From NCBI GenBank assembly GCA_951406725.2, contig OX597820.1, forward strand, positions 85,746,001-85,810,000: 64,000 bases of DNA, given 5' to 3'. Below, piece by piece: positions 42,130 to 56,523 of the stretch (within the stretch, counting starts at the first letter, position 1; every line of letters starts with the position of its first letter). Position numbers and translations under genes: made by a program. The notes below the pieces were generated by a model. The model searched no databases and had not been told where the DNA came from. It worked only from the letters and a program-made list of their open reading frames with translations. The stretch is from Octopus vulgaris (lineage: Eukaryota).

Positions 42130-42520
42130 CAAAGCTACAACATAAAAACAAAAAATAAATGGTATAAACATGTGCCAAAGAAGATGCATGACAACAACCA
42201 GGCCACAATCATCTGAGATCAAAGGTAATCCCCCAGACATAATAATCAAAGACTGGATAAAACACCTACTTAGTGGTAGACATTGTGGTCCTTTGTGACC
42301 AAAATATTGAACAAGAAGTAGAGAATTTTTCAACGTACAAAAACTCCGAAACTGAACTATTCATAATGTGAAGCAAGAAGATGAAAACGATACCAGTAAT
42401 AATAAAAGCATAGGGTATGATCACAACAAAGCAAAAAAGTAGAGGCTATACTTGGACCCTCAATACTGCACATAACAAAAAAAGAATAGCCCATATTCTA
42501 TGTAAGACACTATGTAAATC
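42130..42520 (+). pseudogene. Highly decayed restriction-like endonuclease end of an R4-type LINE
   Basis: PDIIIKD..VVDIVVLCDQN..MKTIPVII. Confidence 0.5.
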
Positions 42521-42547
42521 GAAATTAAATGGATGGAATATGATTGA

Positions 42548-43690
42548 TGATATCAACACTTAGGCGACTTCACTCCTAGATAAGGAGCAGGGTTAATCGC
42601 ATGGAGAGTAGACGAACTAAACACCTTAGATAGAAAGACAAGGAAGTTGCTCACTAGATATGGGATACTCCACCCAAAAGACACAGGCAGACTGCATGCA
42701 TCAAGAAAAAGAGGAGAAAGAGGGCTGATTGGATGCGAACATAGCATAATTGCAGAAGTAAACAACAAAGCATGGCATGTAAAATTGCTTTAGAACCGCT
42801 AAGATAGGAAGTAAGATGGTCAGGCTCCTGTAGTATGGAAGATTGTACAAGCACTTGAGAATGAATGAAACTCAAAATAAATGGATAAAGTAAAGGATGC
42901 ATGGACAATTTCATAGGGAGGTTCAAGATCAGAGAAACAGAGAAGAAAAGTGTCTATAGATGACTGAAAGTAATTTAAAACCGGAAACGAAAGCTGTAAT
43001 TTATGCTGCCTAAGAGCAATCATTAAGCACGAATTACATCAAATACAGAATAGACAACTCACAAGAAAGTAATAAGTGCAGAATTTGTGGACAAAATGGT
43101 GTCATATTACCAGTTATCGTACACTACTAGCCCAGAAAGGATATAAGAAACGTTATGACAATATAACAAGGATTGTCCATTGGACATTTGCAACCAGTAT
43201 TGATTTGACAGAGAAAAAAGTGGTACGAACAAAACCCGAAGGTATCGTCGAAAGTAACAATGCCAAGATCCTATGCGATTGTTTTGATTCAGTTCGACTG
43301 TGAGATAGAGAATAGGAAACCAGACATAGTCTTAATTGAGAAAGAAACCAAACTATGCTAGATCATAGATATAGCATGCCCCGCTGACAACATAGTACAT
43401 GATAAAGAAGAAAGATAAGTTAAGTAGTTGTGGTCGATGAAAAATGTGGTTGTAGTACCAATAACTGTCGGAGCCCTGGGAACAGTGAGTAAAGATCTTG
43501 AGAAGTACATGGAATAAATAGGGCCTGCAATAAGGGTGGAATTCTTGCAGAAAACAGCAATGCTTTGAAGTGCTCGAGTACTCCGGATGTTGTTCGAAAA
43601 ACAAGGGGTGTTACCTTAGTTCACTGGTAGTGAATAGCTGATACCGTAGTACATCTCCTGCGTTAGATGCTGTGCAAAGGCAATACAATA
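42548..43690 (+). pseudogene. R4/Dong-like LINE 3' part (zinc knuckle, PD-(D/E)xK endonuclease, 3' UTR)
   Basis: AWRVDELNTLDRKTRKLLT; RKRGERGLIG; NYIKYRIDNSQESNKCRICG; YKKRYDNITRIVHW; NRKPDIVLIEKE..IIDIACPAD; VVPITVGALGTV; LQKTAML*SARVLR. Confidence 0.9.
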
Positions 43691-43719
43691 ATATCAATGA
43701 TTATGATGATGATGATGAC

Positions 43720-44215
43720 CCATCTACGAGAATAGTGCATCGCCATTGATTTTTGTGCTGAGAATGGTTACCTTGAGTAAAATATTGCAGAAAAGCAAGT
43801 TAGGGTATGAACTAGGAAGCGCTAAAGGAAAACTTAGCTACCTGTTATGGATGGTTTGAAGTTGTTCACAAAAAACGTGGTAGAACTTGACAGTTTAGTC
43901 CAGTGTGTGCTCATTTTCTTGAATGATATCAAGATGCAGCTTGGACTTACAAAATGTGCTACGATGATGATGAGAGGAAGAAGCTTGTCAGGACAGAAGG
44001 TTTATATACGTCAAGTAGTGATATGATGAAGGCAATTGAACCTGAATCCGGATATAAATACTTAAGAATACTTGAATGATATGAAAGAAAAGACTAATAA
44101 AGCGAGAAAACTGTTGGAATCAAAGCTGTATGGCAGAAATATAATTTTGGTAATGTTCTCTCGAGCAGTCGCTGTAGTTCAGTATTGCGCTGAAATTCTA
44201 GAGTGGGCAGAGAAG
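43720..44215 (+). pseudogene. Second R4/Dong-like RT fragment
   Basis: SPLIFVLRMVTLSKILQKSKLGYEL; MQLGLTKCA; GYKYLRIL; RKLLESKLYGRNII..AVAVVQYCAEILEW. Confidence 0.8.
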
Positions 44216-44339
44216 TTGTTGACAAAAAACATGGTAGAACTTGACAGGAATGCGTGGAGCCCATCATCCATGTATTTGACTTACTCAATCCCAAATCTCA
44301 GGCATCGACTCTTTAATTATTGCCATTATTATTAAAAAA

Positions 44340-44545
44340 GCAGCGAGCTGGCAGAATCGTTAGTCCGATGGACGAAATACACAGGAGAATTTCACCTCGC
44401 CTTATGTTCTAAATGGAAATGCCACTCAGATTGACTTTGCCTTTTATGGTTTCAGGGTCGATTATATGAGAACCAGTGGAGCACGGGTCTCAGTTTCATC
44501 AACTAGCCTCCTCCCCTAAAAAATTTAGACTTTGTGCCGATAGTA
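44340..44545 (+). mobile_element. SINE family B; more decayed copies at about 41230-41420, 41836-42030, 45005-45150, 45165-45405, 48790-48985
   Basis: GCGAGCTGGCAGAATCGTTAG head; TTGACTTTGCCTTTTATGGTTTCAGGGTCGAT. Confidence 0.75.
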
Positions 44546-47500
44546 GCAAAAACAGTTATATTATTACTATAATAATAATAATAATAATAATAATTAATAA
44601 TTATTATAATTATATATTATTATTATTGTTATTATTTTTTATTATTATTATTATATATTATTATTATAATTATTATTATTATTATTATTATTATTTTATT
44701 ATTTTATTATTTTTTATTATTTTTTATTCAAACCTTGTGTCGAACTCAATTTATAAGACCCTTGTATTAAAGTAAATATAGTATTATCAACAACAGTATT
44801 AGTAGTAGTATCATCATCATCAGCAGCAGTAGTAATAGCAGCAACAGTAGCAGCAGCAGCAGCTAGGGTTTAATGAGGAGCAAATGCATTTTTATTTCTG
44901 AATGAGTTCGAGAATATGAGGTCATTACTAAAACCTTTTATCCAATAATTTTTATTATCGGCTGCAATAGGGAGCAGAAAATGAAAAACAGACGGAAGAA
45001 GCAAAACAATTTGATGCCACTATTCGACTAGTTCATTATTTCTATCGACCTCGAAACGATGAAAGTCCAAGTTGGCCACAGCGAGATCTGAACTTAGAAT
45101 GTAACGAGTCGAAAAAGGCGCAGCAAATCATTTTTCTGACAATTCACCAAAATAGGAAAATTATTCCAATTTTTTGCGATAGGCCAGTCATTTATGGGAG
45201 ACGAGGGTGTGATGAGTCGGTTACACAGATTTCCGTCGTTGATTGTTACTCCCTTTTATCGACTTAGAGGAATCGAAGGACAGAGCTGACCTCGATGAGA
45301 ACTGAACACATGATGTAAATGGAAGAAATGAATGCTGAAACGCTGCTTTTTCTTTTCTTTTTTTTTCATCTCTAGCGATGCTTTAAATGGCTCTGCCAGT
45401 TCACCAGCTTCAGGAGAATCAAGATAAGACTTGAAAAGCAGAATCAGGTAATAATGTTCAAATTTAGGAGGTAGAATGGTAGACATGTAGTAATTTAATT
45501 TTGCATGTTGTAGCCTATTGAGGAAAACAGAAGGTATGACAGGATCGATGGTCCACTTCAGCGCTTGTGACATTTGTAAGGAACAAACAAGAAATCGCCA
45601 TCAGACCTGACATGTATGCTTGCGATATTACCCAATAACCAGATAACTGAGTTAAACCGAGTGACAGATACTTTCACGTGTTATATAAGCAAGAGCCAAT
45701 TTTCGTTTTCTCCCCTACTGATGGCTGTAGTACCTAATCTTAGTTCATTTTCTTTTTCACAACCTTTTGCTTTATATCGGAGGTGACCAAGTATGACACT
45801 AAGAGGGAAACACCTCTAAATATTTCTTGAATCTGACTGAACAGATAATTCCTTCATTTAAAATGTGAACAATAGTATTACCTATCTCGGCAAGATAGAA
45901 ATTACAGCAGGTAATGATCATGCCGGGGGTGGTGTCGAAGCCTCAGAGACATGGTTTGTTCAGTCCGCTGTTTCATTGAAAGATAACAAATTTAATTAAC
46001 AGAACATATATTTTGCCGAGAGTAATATCGGAAGGAAGCATAAGAAATGAAGCAGATCTAATGCATAGTCACATTGACAGATCCCAGCAATGACACGTAA
46101 TAGCAACAACAGTAATAGTAAGATATTGGTAAGTAGCAGTGAGTGTTACGCTAAGAGAAAGAAGAACGACAACAATAACACAAATAGTATGAATAACAAT
46201 AGCAACGGGAATATGAAAGTCAATAATAGCAAGTCAATTGTTCCAATGAAGAAAGCGCCTGCAAGAAATCGCAGTCAAATCTTCTTGAAATGCCAACATA
46301 ACGTTACAAACGAAAGACAGATACACTAGACAATGAAGTATTCTCCTGATAATATATATAAAAATATAAAGTTACGTACTAAAATTCGTTTCAAGAAAAT
46401 TCAATGGAAGACTAAGTGAAATCAAGTGAGAGTAGAAACCGTCACGCTTCAGCTGAAACTGCTAGAAGTAGCAGCCATATATGTCTCAACAGCACTTTAT
46501 ATACATATTGGACAGAATCTTCGTGGATCTTGAAGAAAAACAATATCAAGGTTTTTCTAATCTTCAATTCCATGTTTTCCTGGAGCTGAGATAATACTCC
46601 ACAACAATAACTGAAAACAAATATAACGATTAAACTTTTAGATACATCCTGATACGTCTTAAAAAGATTCTGACAAACCACATTTTCAATCCTTAAAACA
46701 CAGCAGCTAATAATATCCATGGAGCCAATTTAATGTCTCTTTACCTGCTAGAAAAAATAGACAAATATCTTTCAAATCATATGCTGCCGTCTTAAATGAA
46801 GAAGACCACATGAGGTAATATATATTTAAATACCCCCTAAAATCGTGATGTTCATGACTGGAATATTGTCAGTAATGTGGTGCACAGGCCTGGAATAGAA
46901 GGGTGCTAACTCCCACTGCAGAAGAAAGTCGTCTGGAATCACTAATCTAACTTTTGACCACATATTTTGTTTAGACTTAACTAAAACTGCTATAACTACA
47001 CTTGTTGCTACATCAGTATTCTAAGAACCCGGTTCTGCTCAAATAGTATAGAAGCAGAAGCTCTCAAATCCAACGTCTCGCCGTTTTATGGGCAACACCA
47101 GAAAGTATGAAAGAAAACTAGCCATTACATTTTATAATATAGACACACTTCCTACTCGGGAACAAAGAGTATGAGTTTTCATGCATTATCCCTGCATTAT
47201 TTGCAAATTATGCAGAAGTTGTGATGAAAAGAATAAAATGATGCACAATCGTAATCCAATAGCATTCACATTCCATATATTTGTCGGAGACAAAAGAAAA
47301 ATTGATGAAATAGACAAGTCTACAACAAGACCAGTTTTTAAAATATATTCAATCTTTCTCTATCTCTTTGATAAAACAATGTAAAACTTACAGAATATTG
47401 CTCTGGTGTCGTGTCAAATACAACTTTTATCGCTTACAGAGAAACAACAAAAACAAAACACGTAAATTGTAAAACCATACCGGTAATCCCGTGGTACCAT

Positions 47501-48999
47501 AATAAGAAAACTCCACTCTCTCCTTCACTAGGTTTACAAACTCCCATAAGCACTCATACAGTCACATGTACAATATCTCATGAAGTTACTATAACATTCC
47601 AAAATAAATACCATTTTGCTTCAGCCAAAATACTGAAGAAATTCGTTCACAAATAACAGAACCCCAAATTATACCCTTAGCTATTATTACCATGTTTGAA
47701 TTACTATGTTTAAGTCAGTTACAATTGTTAGTAACCACTAATGTAAATGAACAGGATGTATTTAAATAAAAATGTGATTCGCATCTAGTTCGAATGATTA
47801 TCGATAAGTCGGACTGTCTTCATTTAAATAAGAATCAGAATGAAAATTGTTACATAAAACAAGACCTATAAAACAAGAAGCTCAACAACATGACTAGTTT
47901 CGATTACTATAACCACTGAAACACAAATGAAAATAACTGGTTTAAACAACTGTAAGAACAATCTTTAACAAACGATAGGAATTTGGCATTATATGTTAAT
48001 GTTGCTAAAATTAGTCGAAATTGGTCTACCCTAAATAATCGGTAGACGAAGAAAAACACGTAAGAGAATGTTGAAAGAATGATGGAATATATTGATGCAT
48101 AGAGTGATCTGCCGTGGCTTTCCACCATCAGGTTTCTGTTTTTTAATCAGTTAATTGCTTACACATTCTTATGCACTTGTTTGTAGATGCGTACCTGCAG
48201 TTTTAAAGAAATTCTCGAGCCGTATTAGCGCGACTGAATTTAACAGGACTGTACCTGCAAATTCAGATACTAAACATCTATCCATTTTCATTTATCAGGA
48301 TTCTGACGATTGATATTCAAACTAGGGATCTTTCGATACTGAAATGAACTTTACCAGTCTCCAGTAAAGCTTGAATTCATTAGAGAGAATATGAGAATAA
48401 ATATAACATCAGCAACAAATTATCTCGTCGTCACCGTTGGTCTTCAACACAAGAGTATATTTTACAGTATATTCAGCAAGAGATGGCCAGACCTTCTAAG
48501 AGTTAAGTTTTCTTTTCTTTTCATGACTGATATGAAAATACAAAAATATATTAAATAACATATTAATAGACGGGGTGAATTATAAGCATTCTTCCAAAAT
48601 ATATCAACCGATAAAATGATGATAAAACATCTTTAAAAATTTTAGTAAGCAATGAAGCACTTCTGACATAATATGAAATTGTTTGTAGCCGACCAAAATC
48701 TTGAATGTTTAGAAACAACTTCGCAATAAACATTTAAGTGAAATGATAACCTCTCCCTCTTTTTACTACAATAGTATTGATTTGTTTTTACATGGACACA
48801 AGATAATTGATATAGTCAATTCCATCAATTGTAAGTACTTACTAGTGTGTATGTTATCAAGTCTAGAAAAGTGAATAGCAAATTGACCTCGGTGGTAATT
48901 AACCTCAAAGACAATGTGTAAGGAATTAAATACTGAAAAGTATTTTCTCCACCCGTTTACAAATTCTGAACGCCTTACTGCCCTTAATTTACAATAATA

Positions 49000-49260
49000 C
49001 TGGTTTCAAATTTTGGCACAAGGCCAGCAATTTTGGGGAAGGGTATAAGTCGATTACATCGACCCCAGTGCTTCACTGGTACTACCTTATCGACACCGAG
49101 AGGATAAGGAGACAAACAAGAACTGGTACTAAATTTATCGACCCCGAAAGGATGAAAGGCAAAGTCAACCTCGGCGGAATTTGAACTTGGAACGTAAGGG
49201 CAGACGAAATACCACTAAGCATTTCTCCAGCATACTATCGCCTCTGCCAGTTCACCGTCT
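49000..49260 (-). mobile_element. SINE family B with a short internal duplication
   Basis: ACTGGTACT..TTATCGAC.CCGA.AGGAT occurs twice (about 49075-49106 and 49122-49153). Confidence 0.85.
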
Positions 49261-50108
49261 TTTAATTTTAACTCACAAGTATATTAAATGTTGAAAGTGT
49301 GATGGATTTGGGATTTATCTAGATGCAAAATCAGGGCAGTTCACAATGATGTGATAACAGTCAATGAATTGATGAGGAGCGTGAATTCACCCATTTTCGA
49401 TTAGTCGAACAAATGCTAGATACGTTATCTAGTCAGTAAAGTGAATGATATTGATGCAGAGTATTTTCTGAGTTGTTCCTCTACTACTAGGAGTTATGTG
49501 TCCCACTGCCTAATATATATGGGTAGCTGGGTAATATTTGTGCTTGTGCGTGTCTTTAGTTTTGCATAATGGCTTCTAACTAATTGAATTAGCGTTGACA
49601 TGATCAGGACTGTTAAAACCTTAGATGAAAATGCAGCTCCTTATCGAACAAGCATCCTGGTATGGCGTATTAGGAAATTCATGAAATTTAACCGCGTTAT
49701 CTTCACACAAATTCCAGTCATCTTTTCCGATGAAGCATTAACAGTGCGAATAATTATTTGCAAGAAAACATCAAAAGCTTCAGATTAGATGTAACTCAAA
49801 GAGTTATATTCTCTGATGAATCAATGAGTTTCATATAATGATAGCATATCAGCCTTCAAACAGCTGAAGATGACAAATACTACACGTCTCAGTAAAACGT
49901 GTTTAACGTATCAAATTTGTACTATGTTCAGCACGCTAATAAGAACTAAATTCATAAAAATGCAATTCTTAGGTTATGTAATTGATTGTCGGTTGTACTC
50001 ATATGTCACATACATATTGTTTCATAAGCATTATTCCATGAGCACCGGAGCAGAGTAGTAATAGTAGTAGTAGTAGTAGTAGTAGTTCTTGTTGTTGTTG
50101 TTGTTGTT

Positions 50109-50187
<79 letters not shown>

Positions 50188-50429
50188 CAGCAGCAGCTGT
50201 AGTAGTTTTCTGGAACACAAAAGTCACACTTCATTCAGTTTTCATGGATTCTATAGAGAATTCGTGCACTTCCAAGCAAAACTGTAGTCTTAGATCATGA
50301 TTATGATTATTATTGTTATCATTACAACTTATAGTGGAAATTTGATTTATGAGAAGATATATAAAAATATTTCATCATAAAGAACAAATTTTGACTACTT
50401 ACAATTTACAATAAATGTACATATATATA

Positions 50430-51104
50430 TATACGAATAACACATCCTAAATTTAGGGAATGAAGTAGGCAAAATCCAAGCTACATATGTTTCATAGCTG
50501 GTGGATCCACAACAGGCGAAACTGAGTCTACTGTGTTTAGCAAAAATATATTTCCTTGCACTTCCCTCTTTCCCTCTCTTTCACTCGCTCTACCCTATCC
50601 ATTTCAAATACACCCCTTTTATTTTCATCCTTTGACTCTGTTTATAGAATGCAACAAGATGTTTACTTATCTATCCCACAACAGACTCGCGAATGACCCC
50701 TACCTAAATTTCATAAAGGGATATCTGCGGCCAATTTCAATCCTAAACCTTCTCTCCCCAGCCTCACCATTTTACTTATATGCCACTCCATAACAAAGTT
50801 ACCCATTCCCATATATATATATATATATATATATTGTCTTTTATTTTTACTTATTCACAAATATGCTTTCATCTCGAAATCTACTTTGTTACGTATTTCC
50901 ATCGAATCACCCATGAGTTTCCAGGATCTCCAAACGACAATGTGAACTTCATATATATCAAAGTATTCTTGACCTAAAGAGTAGCCTACAGTCTATCTCA
51001 CGTTTCGATACTTTACTACTTCCGATGTTCCGCTGGCTATGAAACGTATGTAGTCTGCATTTTATCTATTTCATTCCCCAAATTTTGGAAGTTTATTCGC
51101 ATAT
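50430..51104. mobile_element. Inverted-repeat element related to 24533-24899
   Basis: TAGGGAATGAAGTAGGCAAAATCCAAGCTACATATGTTTCATAGC / GCTATGAAACGTATGTAGTCTGCATTTTATCTATTTCATTCCCCA. Confidence 0.7.
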
Positions 51105-51293
51105 AGGACCCTTACTTCTAACGAACAACAACGAAATTAACTTTTTTCAGCTTATCGTACTTCGATGCCGGAACACTTCCGCACGAATAAAACACTGTTA
51201 TTCCTGAATGTATCTCCTACGGATTGCTGGAATCTCACTAACATTCTAAACCATGATACTGGAATCTTACCTTTACACGAACCCACACACATG

Positions 51294-51336
<43 letters not shown>

Positions 51337-51803
51337 CGTGCATTTCAAAGCTACGATTATCAGCTACCATCAATGAGCAGGGGTATTCAATTTAGTGGAT
51401 ATACATGTCAAACATAGTTAGTGTATACATAATTTATATATAAATTTATAAATAAGAGATAGAATGAACAGGCTTTTCTCAAAAATCACAATTGATTTTG
51501 TGCAATTCTAAAAGATGCTAGTTGCTATGACTATATGCTAAACCATTTAGCATAAAATCCAAGTCGGTGAAATGGCTTGCAGCGGATTTTCTTCGGTTGA
51601 TAAAACAATTATGCAAGATTGATGTATGTTACTCTGAGATAAGACTTGACATAAGTTGTCTCGCTTACCTGTGACTTACATTCGGTAGTCTTACACCAGG
51701 CATATAGAGAATATATTCTCTTACACCTAAAACCGTAACTGACCCACCAAGTAACAACACATGCTCCTTGTGTATGTGCATTCGATTTTGTCTACTTCAT
51801 TTT

Positions 51804-51855
<52 letters not shown>

Positions 51856-51996
51856 CTACAGAGATGTACTTGCATAGCAAGTGACCTGATCTGAGATCGT
51901 GTGCTGGAACGAAAACAATTGCAGCGTGGAAGGTGTTTATAAGCCATTTAAGAAACACACAAAAACCGTTAGATTCACTACAATATTTAAATTTAA

Positions 51997-52047
51997 TTTG
52001 TTAAAATATTTTCGTCGCTTTGGGACGGCGACGTGTTCGCCGACAAA
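51997..52047 (-). ncRNA. Minimal hammerhead, G3-C8 core variant (also U4C), in terminus 51855-52058
   Basis: TTTGTCG-GCGAACA-C-GTCGC CGTCCCAAA GCGAC-GAAA-ATAT-TT-TAACAAA; palindrome AAAATATTTT; TA-rich flanks. Confidence 0.65.
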
Positions 52048-52203
52048 ATCCCGTGCTGTTATATATATGTGTATATTTGTATATATATATATATATATAT
52101 ATTAGCAAAATTTAGATTCAAATGAATATGGTACCTAAGTTAGATGCACCAGGATTTTGTATGGTGTTATCCATATAAATCCATGGGGTTTATAATCACC
52201 TCA

Positions 52204-52248
<45 letters not shown>

Positions 52249-52249
<1 letters not shown>

Positions 52250-52282
52250 ACCGGTTTCTCAGTTTAAGCTGGTTTTCAAAAA
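52249..52282 (-). ncRNA. Hammerhead motif, U3-A8 variant, truncated at the cleavage site
   Basis: TTGAAAA-C-CAG CTTAAA CTG-A-GAAA-CCGG-TT-G, then directly (TA)n. Confidence 0.5.
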
Positions 52283-52569
52283 GTTCAAATAGAAAGACGT
52301 TGCTTATGTCGCAGCTGTCTTGTTTCTGACTAGTTTCTGAAGTTTGCCCTATTTTCATAGGTGGTTCATGGCTGAAATTAGTACATGTCTTGAATAGGAT
52401 CTGATTGGCAGAGAATAGTCACATGACAGGTTTTAAACTTTTTGTAGGTTCCCCGCTACGTCTCAGTGTCAGTATCAAGGTAACAATGTGTGGTGTCGTA
52501 AGTTAAGGTTTACACAATTGACTGAACATTTTCAAACACTCAATGCCCCGAATGTTTTCTATCAAGTCT

Positions 52570-53460
52570 GTAGAGAATGAAAGAGCGAGGAATATTACTG
52601 CAGTATATGGGGATCGGACAGTAAGCGTAAACCTGTGTCAACGGTGGTTCCAGAAATTCCGAGTCGGAAACTACGGCCTATAAGTCGAGCCTCTTCCACG
52701 AAGATCTGTACAGATCGACGAGGATATCTTGCAAACCCTGGGGGCACACAATCCCACCGGAACTCTTGTGGAACTAGCAGAGAAGCATCGGTGTGGTCAT
52801 TCAACCATTCAATGACACCTGCCTGCCATCGGAATGTCAGTAAATTGGATCAATGGCTTCGTCAAAACTTTTTCGTGTCTAATCACGCACAGAGAGTGAA
52901 TGTGTGCTCTCTTTGCCGTCACCTCTCATGAATGAATCTTTTTTGGTGAGATATGAAAGATTTAGTCCACTTTAAACTTTTAAATCCAAACCAACTGATA
53001 ACAAAGGAGATCTAGTTCATGCAGCTTGAGCGGCGTAAGTCAGCGCTTGAAGAAAAACGACCATCTTTGGTTTCAAGACGAAAGGTGTTCTTCCATGAGG
53101 ATAATGCTTGGCCACATACAACTAGGATGACATTCCAAAGGCTGGAGCACTTTAAAGACGAAACGATGCCCCACCCACCATATTCGCCGTATATTGCCCC
53201 ATCTGATTATCAATTTTTCCGCAGTTTTCAAAATCATTTGGCCGATAAAATTATGAATTCTGTAGACGAGGTCAGAAGATTTCTGGAGGAGTATTTTTTG
53301 TCACGGACAAGTGAATTTTGTAAGAGGAGTATTGCAAGATGGAAGAGCATTGTCGAAAAATGAAGGAAAGTGTATTTTAAATAAAGATAAATTTGTTTAG
53401 TTTAATTTTGAAAAATAAAAGAAGTATAAAAAACCGTATTATTTATGAGATGATACAATA
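52570..53460 (+). mobile_element. Mariner transposon remnant
   Basis: ARNITAVYGDRTVSVNLCQRWFQKFRVGN; FFHEDNAWPHT; MPHPPYSPYIAPSDYQFFRSFQNHL; decayed right TIR. Confidence 0.92.
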
Positions 53461-53851
53461 TATATTGAAATTCGTTTGGTAAATTATCAAAGCCTTTCGT
53501 TATTTAGTATGATTTACTTATAAAATTCGTAGAACAAGGAGTATATCTCGCATACTTCTCAAAAGGTCTTAAATCAAATAATCTGTTATGTATTCATCTT
53601 TTAATGTAAAATATATCTTATGATAAATTTATTAGGAAAGTTGAATCTGACAATCAAAATTTTAAAACGATTTATTGAACAGCTGCAGAGTAAAATTCCA
53701 AAGCGTGTAGCAAGTATCGGGAAAGGTTAATGTTAAATATCTATAAAGTTAATACATTGCATAATCACAGATATACACATTCATTTGTTATATAGCTGCA
53801 TAGACTTACACTCATGAATTTATAAATACTCAATAGCTTCTACAACACGTT

Positions 53852-53925
<74 letters not shown>

Positions 53926-54591
53926 CATTTGAAGTGCGTATGTGTACGCCTGTAAGACAAACATACAAAGAACTTGGTAGCAATATTATTGTATTTGTAC
54001 TTTCTAAGAGATTAGTAATAGGATAGAGGACGTGGAATCTTTGACATTTTGCTTTAGTTTATTTCGAAGACAATGTTAAGAATTTTCGAAAGAAGGAAAA
54101 TGGTAAAGTACTTGTGAGAAATCTTGAATACCAAATGACATTTGTGATATTTGGTTTTGAATATTGCCAAAAGTAGAAATGTGGGCATTAATAAAGTTGC
54201 TTGATTTACACGAGAGATACTATTATCAAGAACGACGGTTCAGTTTATTTTACACATGATACGTAAATTTTCTCATCCAATTCAGCACGTTCAAGGTGAT
54301 AACCATTTACCTAAATACATTGAACATGCAAGTCAGTTGCCACGAATTGCATAAATACTTTTGCTGAATGTGCTAACTATCCCCATAGAATTAACAACAA
54401 ATGCATATATCAGTACAAAAGATACACATATAAAATAGTTACAAATGCAATGCATAGACGTATTTCTTCTTCTTCTTCTTCTTCTTCTTCTTCTTCTTCT
54501 TCTTCTTCTTCTTCTTCTTCTTCTTCTTCTTCTTCTTCTTCTTCTTCTTCGTCTTCTCTTCCTTTCTTCCTTCTTTTTCCTCTTCTTTTCA

Positions 54592-54660
<69 letters not shown>

Positions 54661-54663
<3 letters not shown>

Positions 54664-54900
54664 CAGAGATACCCGGCTTTGGCCGCGTCACATGGAATTA
54701 GACTTTTCTTTTATATTTTCTCTAATGAACTGGAACACTTATGATTCGAATTTCATCAAAATTGGAGATTAAGAATTTTAATGAGGGTTCTTTCCCTCTT
54801 TACACACCCTGACAAAAATCGTAATCATGGCATATTTATGCCATACTACACAACTTTACGCCTAGATTCTAATATCCAAATCTTATAAAACCTATTCAGA
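54661..54900 (-). mobile_element. Non-autonomous Helitron-like 3' end (far boundary uncertain)
   Basis: Minus strand GCGGC CAAA GCCG hairpin, then GGTATCTCTGCTA; resembles the terminus at 28055-28080. Confidence 0.55.
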
Positions 54901-56401
54901 GGTTTTTGCTCCTGAAAAATGGAGCGCATGGAGCTCTAAAATATGGGAGTTAAGTCTCCTATTAGCGGGTGGGAGAAGGAGCTTTGGTTATTGTTTAAAA
55001 ATGGAATTGTGTCCCTGTTTGGGGAAATTGACAATATTTTCACTGTTTACACGGAAGCATTATTGTTACTGTGCCTTCGATAGAAGAAAGTCCAAAAATG
55101 AATTTCGCTGCAGCTGTCGGCGGGCGCGAACTCATTAAAATTAAAATGAAAGAAATACAAACCTATTTAAGATTGATCATCGACAAAGACGGTGAATCTA
55201 GGATAACACCACCAAACGAAATAAAAAATTAAATTAAAGAAAAGACTATTGTCTATAAAGTATACAAGGTAGAAGAAAAAAAACAGATTTGAACACCTGG
55301 AGGAAAGCACCATCGAAAAGTGTCTTGGTGCGACTATGAAAGTTTTCAAGTATCTAACCAGAGGCGGTAAATTTGCCACAACAGAAGCAAGGTTCGAGTC
55401 AACGGAGCGTGCAAGGGAGTACTCGACTCGAACCTGGCAAATTGGAAATATTTTATTTCTACGTTTGTATCTGGGACGTAGGACGTCCCGGATAAAAAAT
55501 TAAAATACCCCTCCCCCAAAAGTAGAGGTAGGCTGGAGTGTAGCCACACTTCTATACAAGAGGGAAGACAAGATACAATTGATCGAAATTGCAAGAGACG
55601 GGCCTACAATTCCAGTCTGTTATATATTTTGAGTATTGTTATCACTAGCGATATTAAGATATAACTTTGTATTTTGTATTTTATGTGTACATGTATATAT
55701 GTAGATGTACATGTAATATGTACACATATATATACACATATATACATGCACTAGCACTATGACTCGGCAACGATGTATATATTCATATATATACATACAT
55801 ATGTATATACATAAAATATTACCGATCGCACATATATTTTATATATCTTTTGTGTGTATATATATAAGCTTTTGTTCTGAATGCGTACTTTTTAAAACAA
55901 GGATATTCATGTCTTCCATTCTTTCTGATTTTATTTGCCTTTCGCATTATTACTTTACATTATTAGCAAAAGTATATATATAAAAAAACTCGGCAATAAA
56001 CATACACGAAGAAGAAACTGATATGTGAGATCAAATTCCAGATGATTTCCTGCTTGTTGGAAGAACACTGGCGCCAGTATTCTCTTACATTACAGTATTC
56101 AGATTGAGAAGATGAATTAAACGTAGAAGCTAGTATCCACACGACACAAATAAAATTCCATACTTCCTTAACTGCCACGACAACAAATATTTCATTCTTG
56201 TACGAAGTCGAATGCTTTGGAAGGGCAATGGATATGTTTGAAATATATTGAACAAAGATCATGAGCAAAAACGGACTGGAAATACTTCACTTGTACATTC
56301 ATATATCAACTCTATCTCTCTCTCTCTCTCCCTTTCTTTCTCTTCGTCTCTTTCTCAAACACAAGCACACGCGTATTTATGTACGTGTGTATAAATACGT
56401 G

Positions 56402-56523
<122 letters not shown>

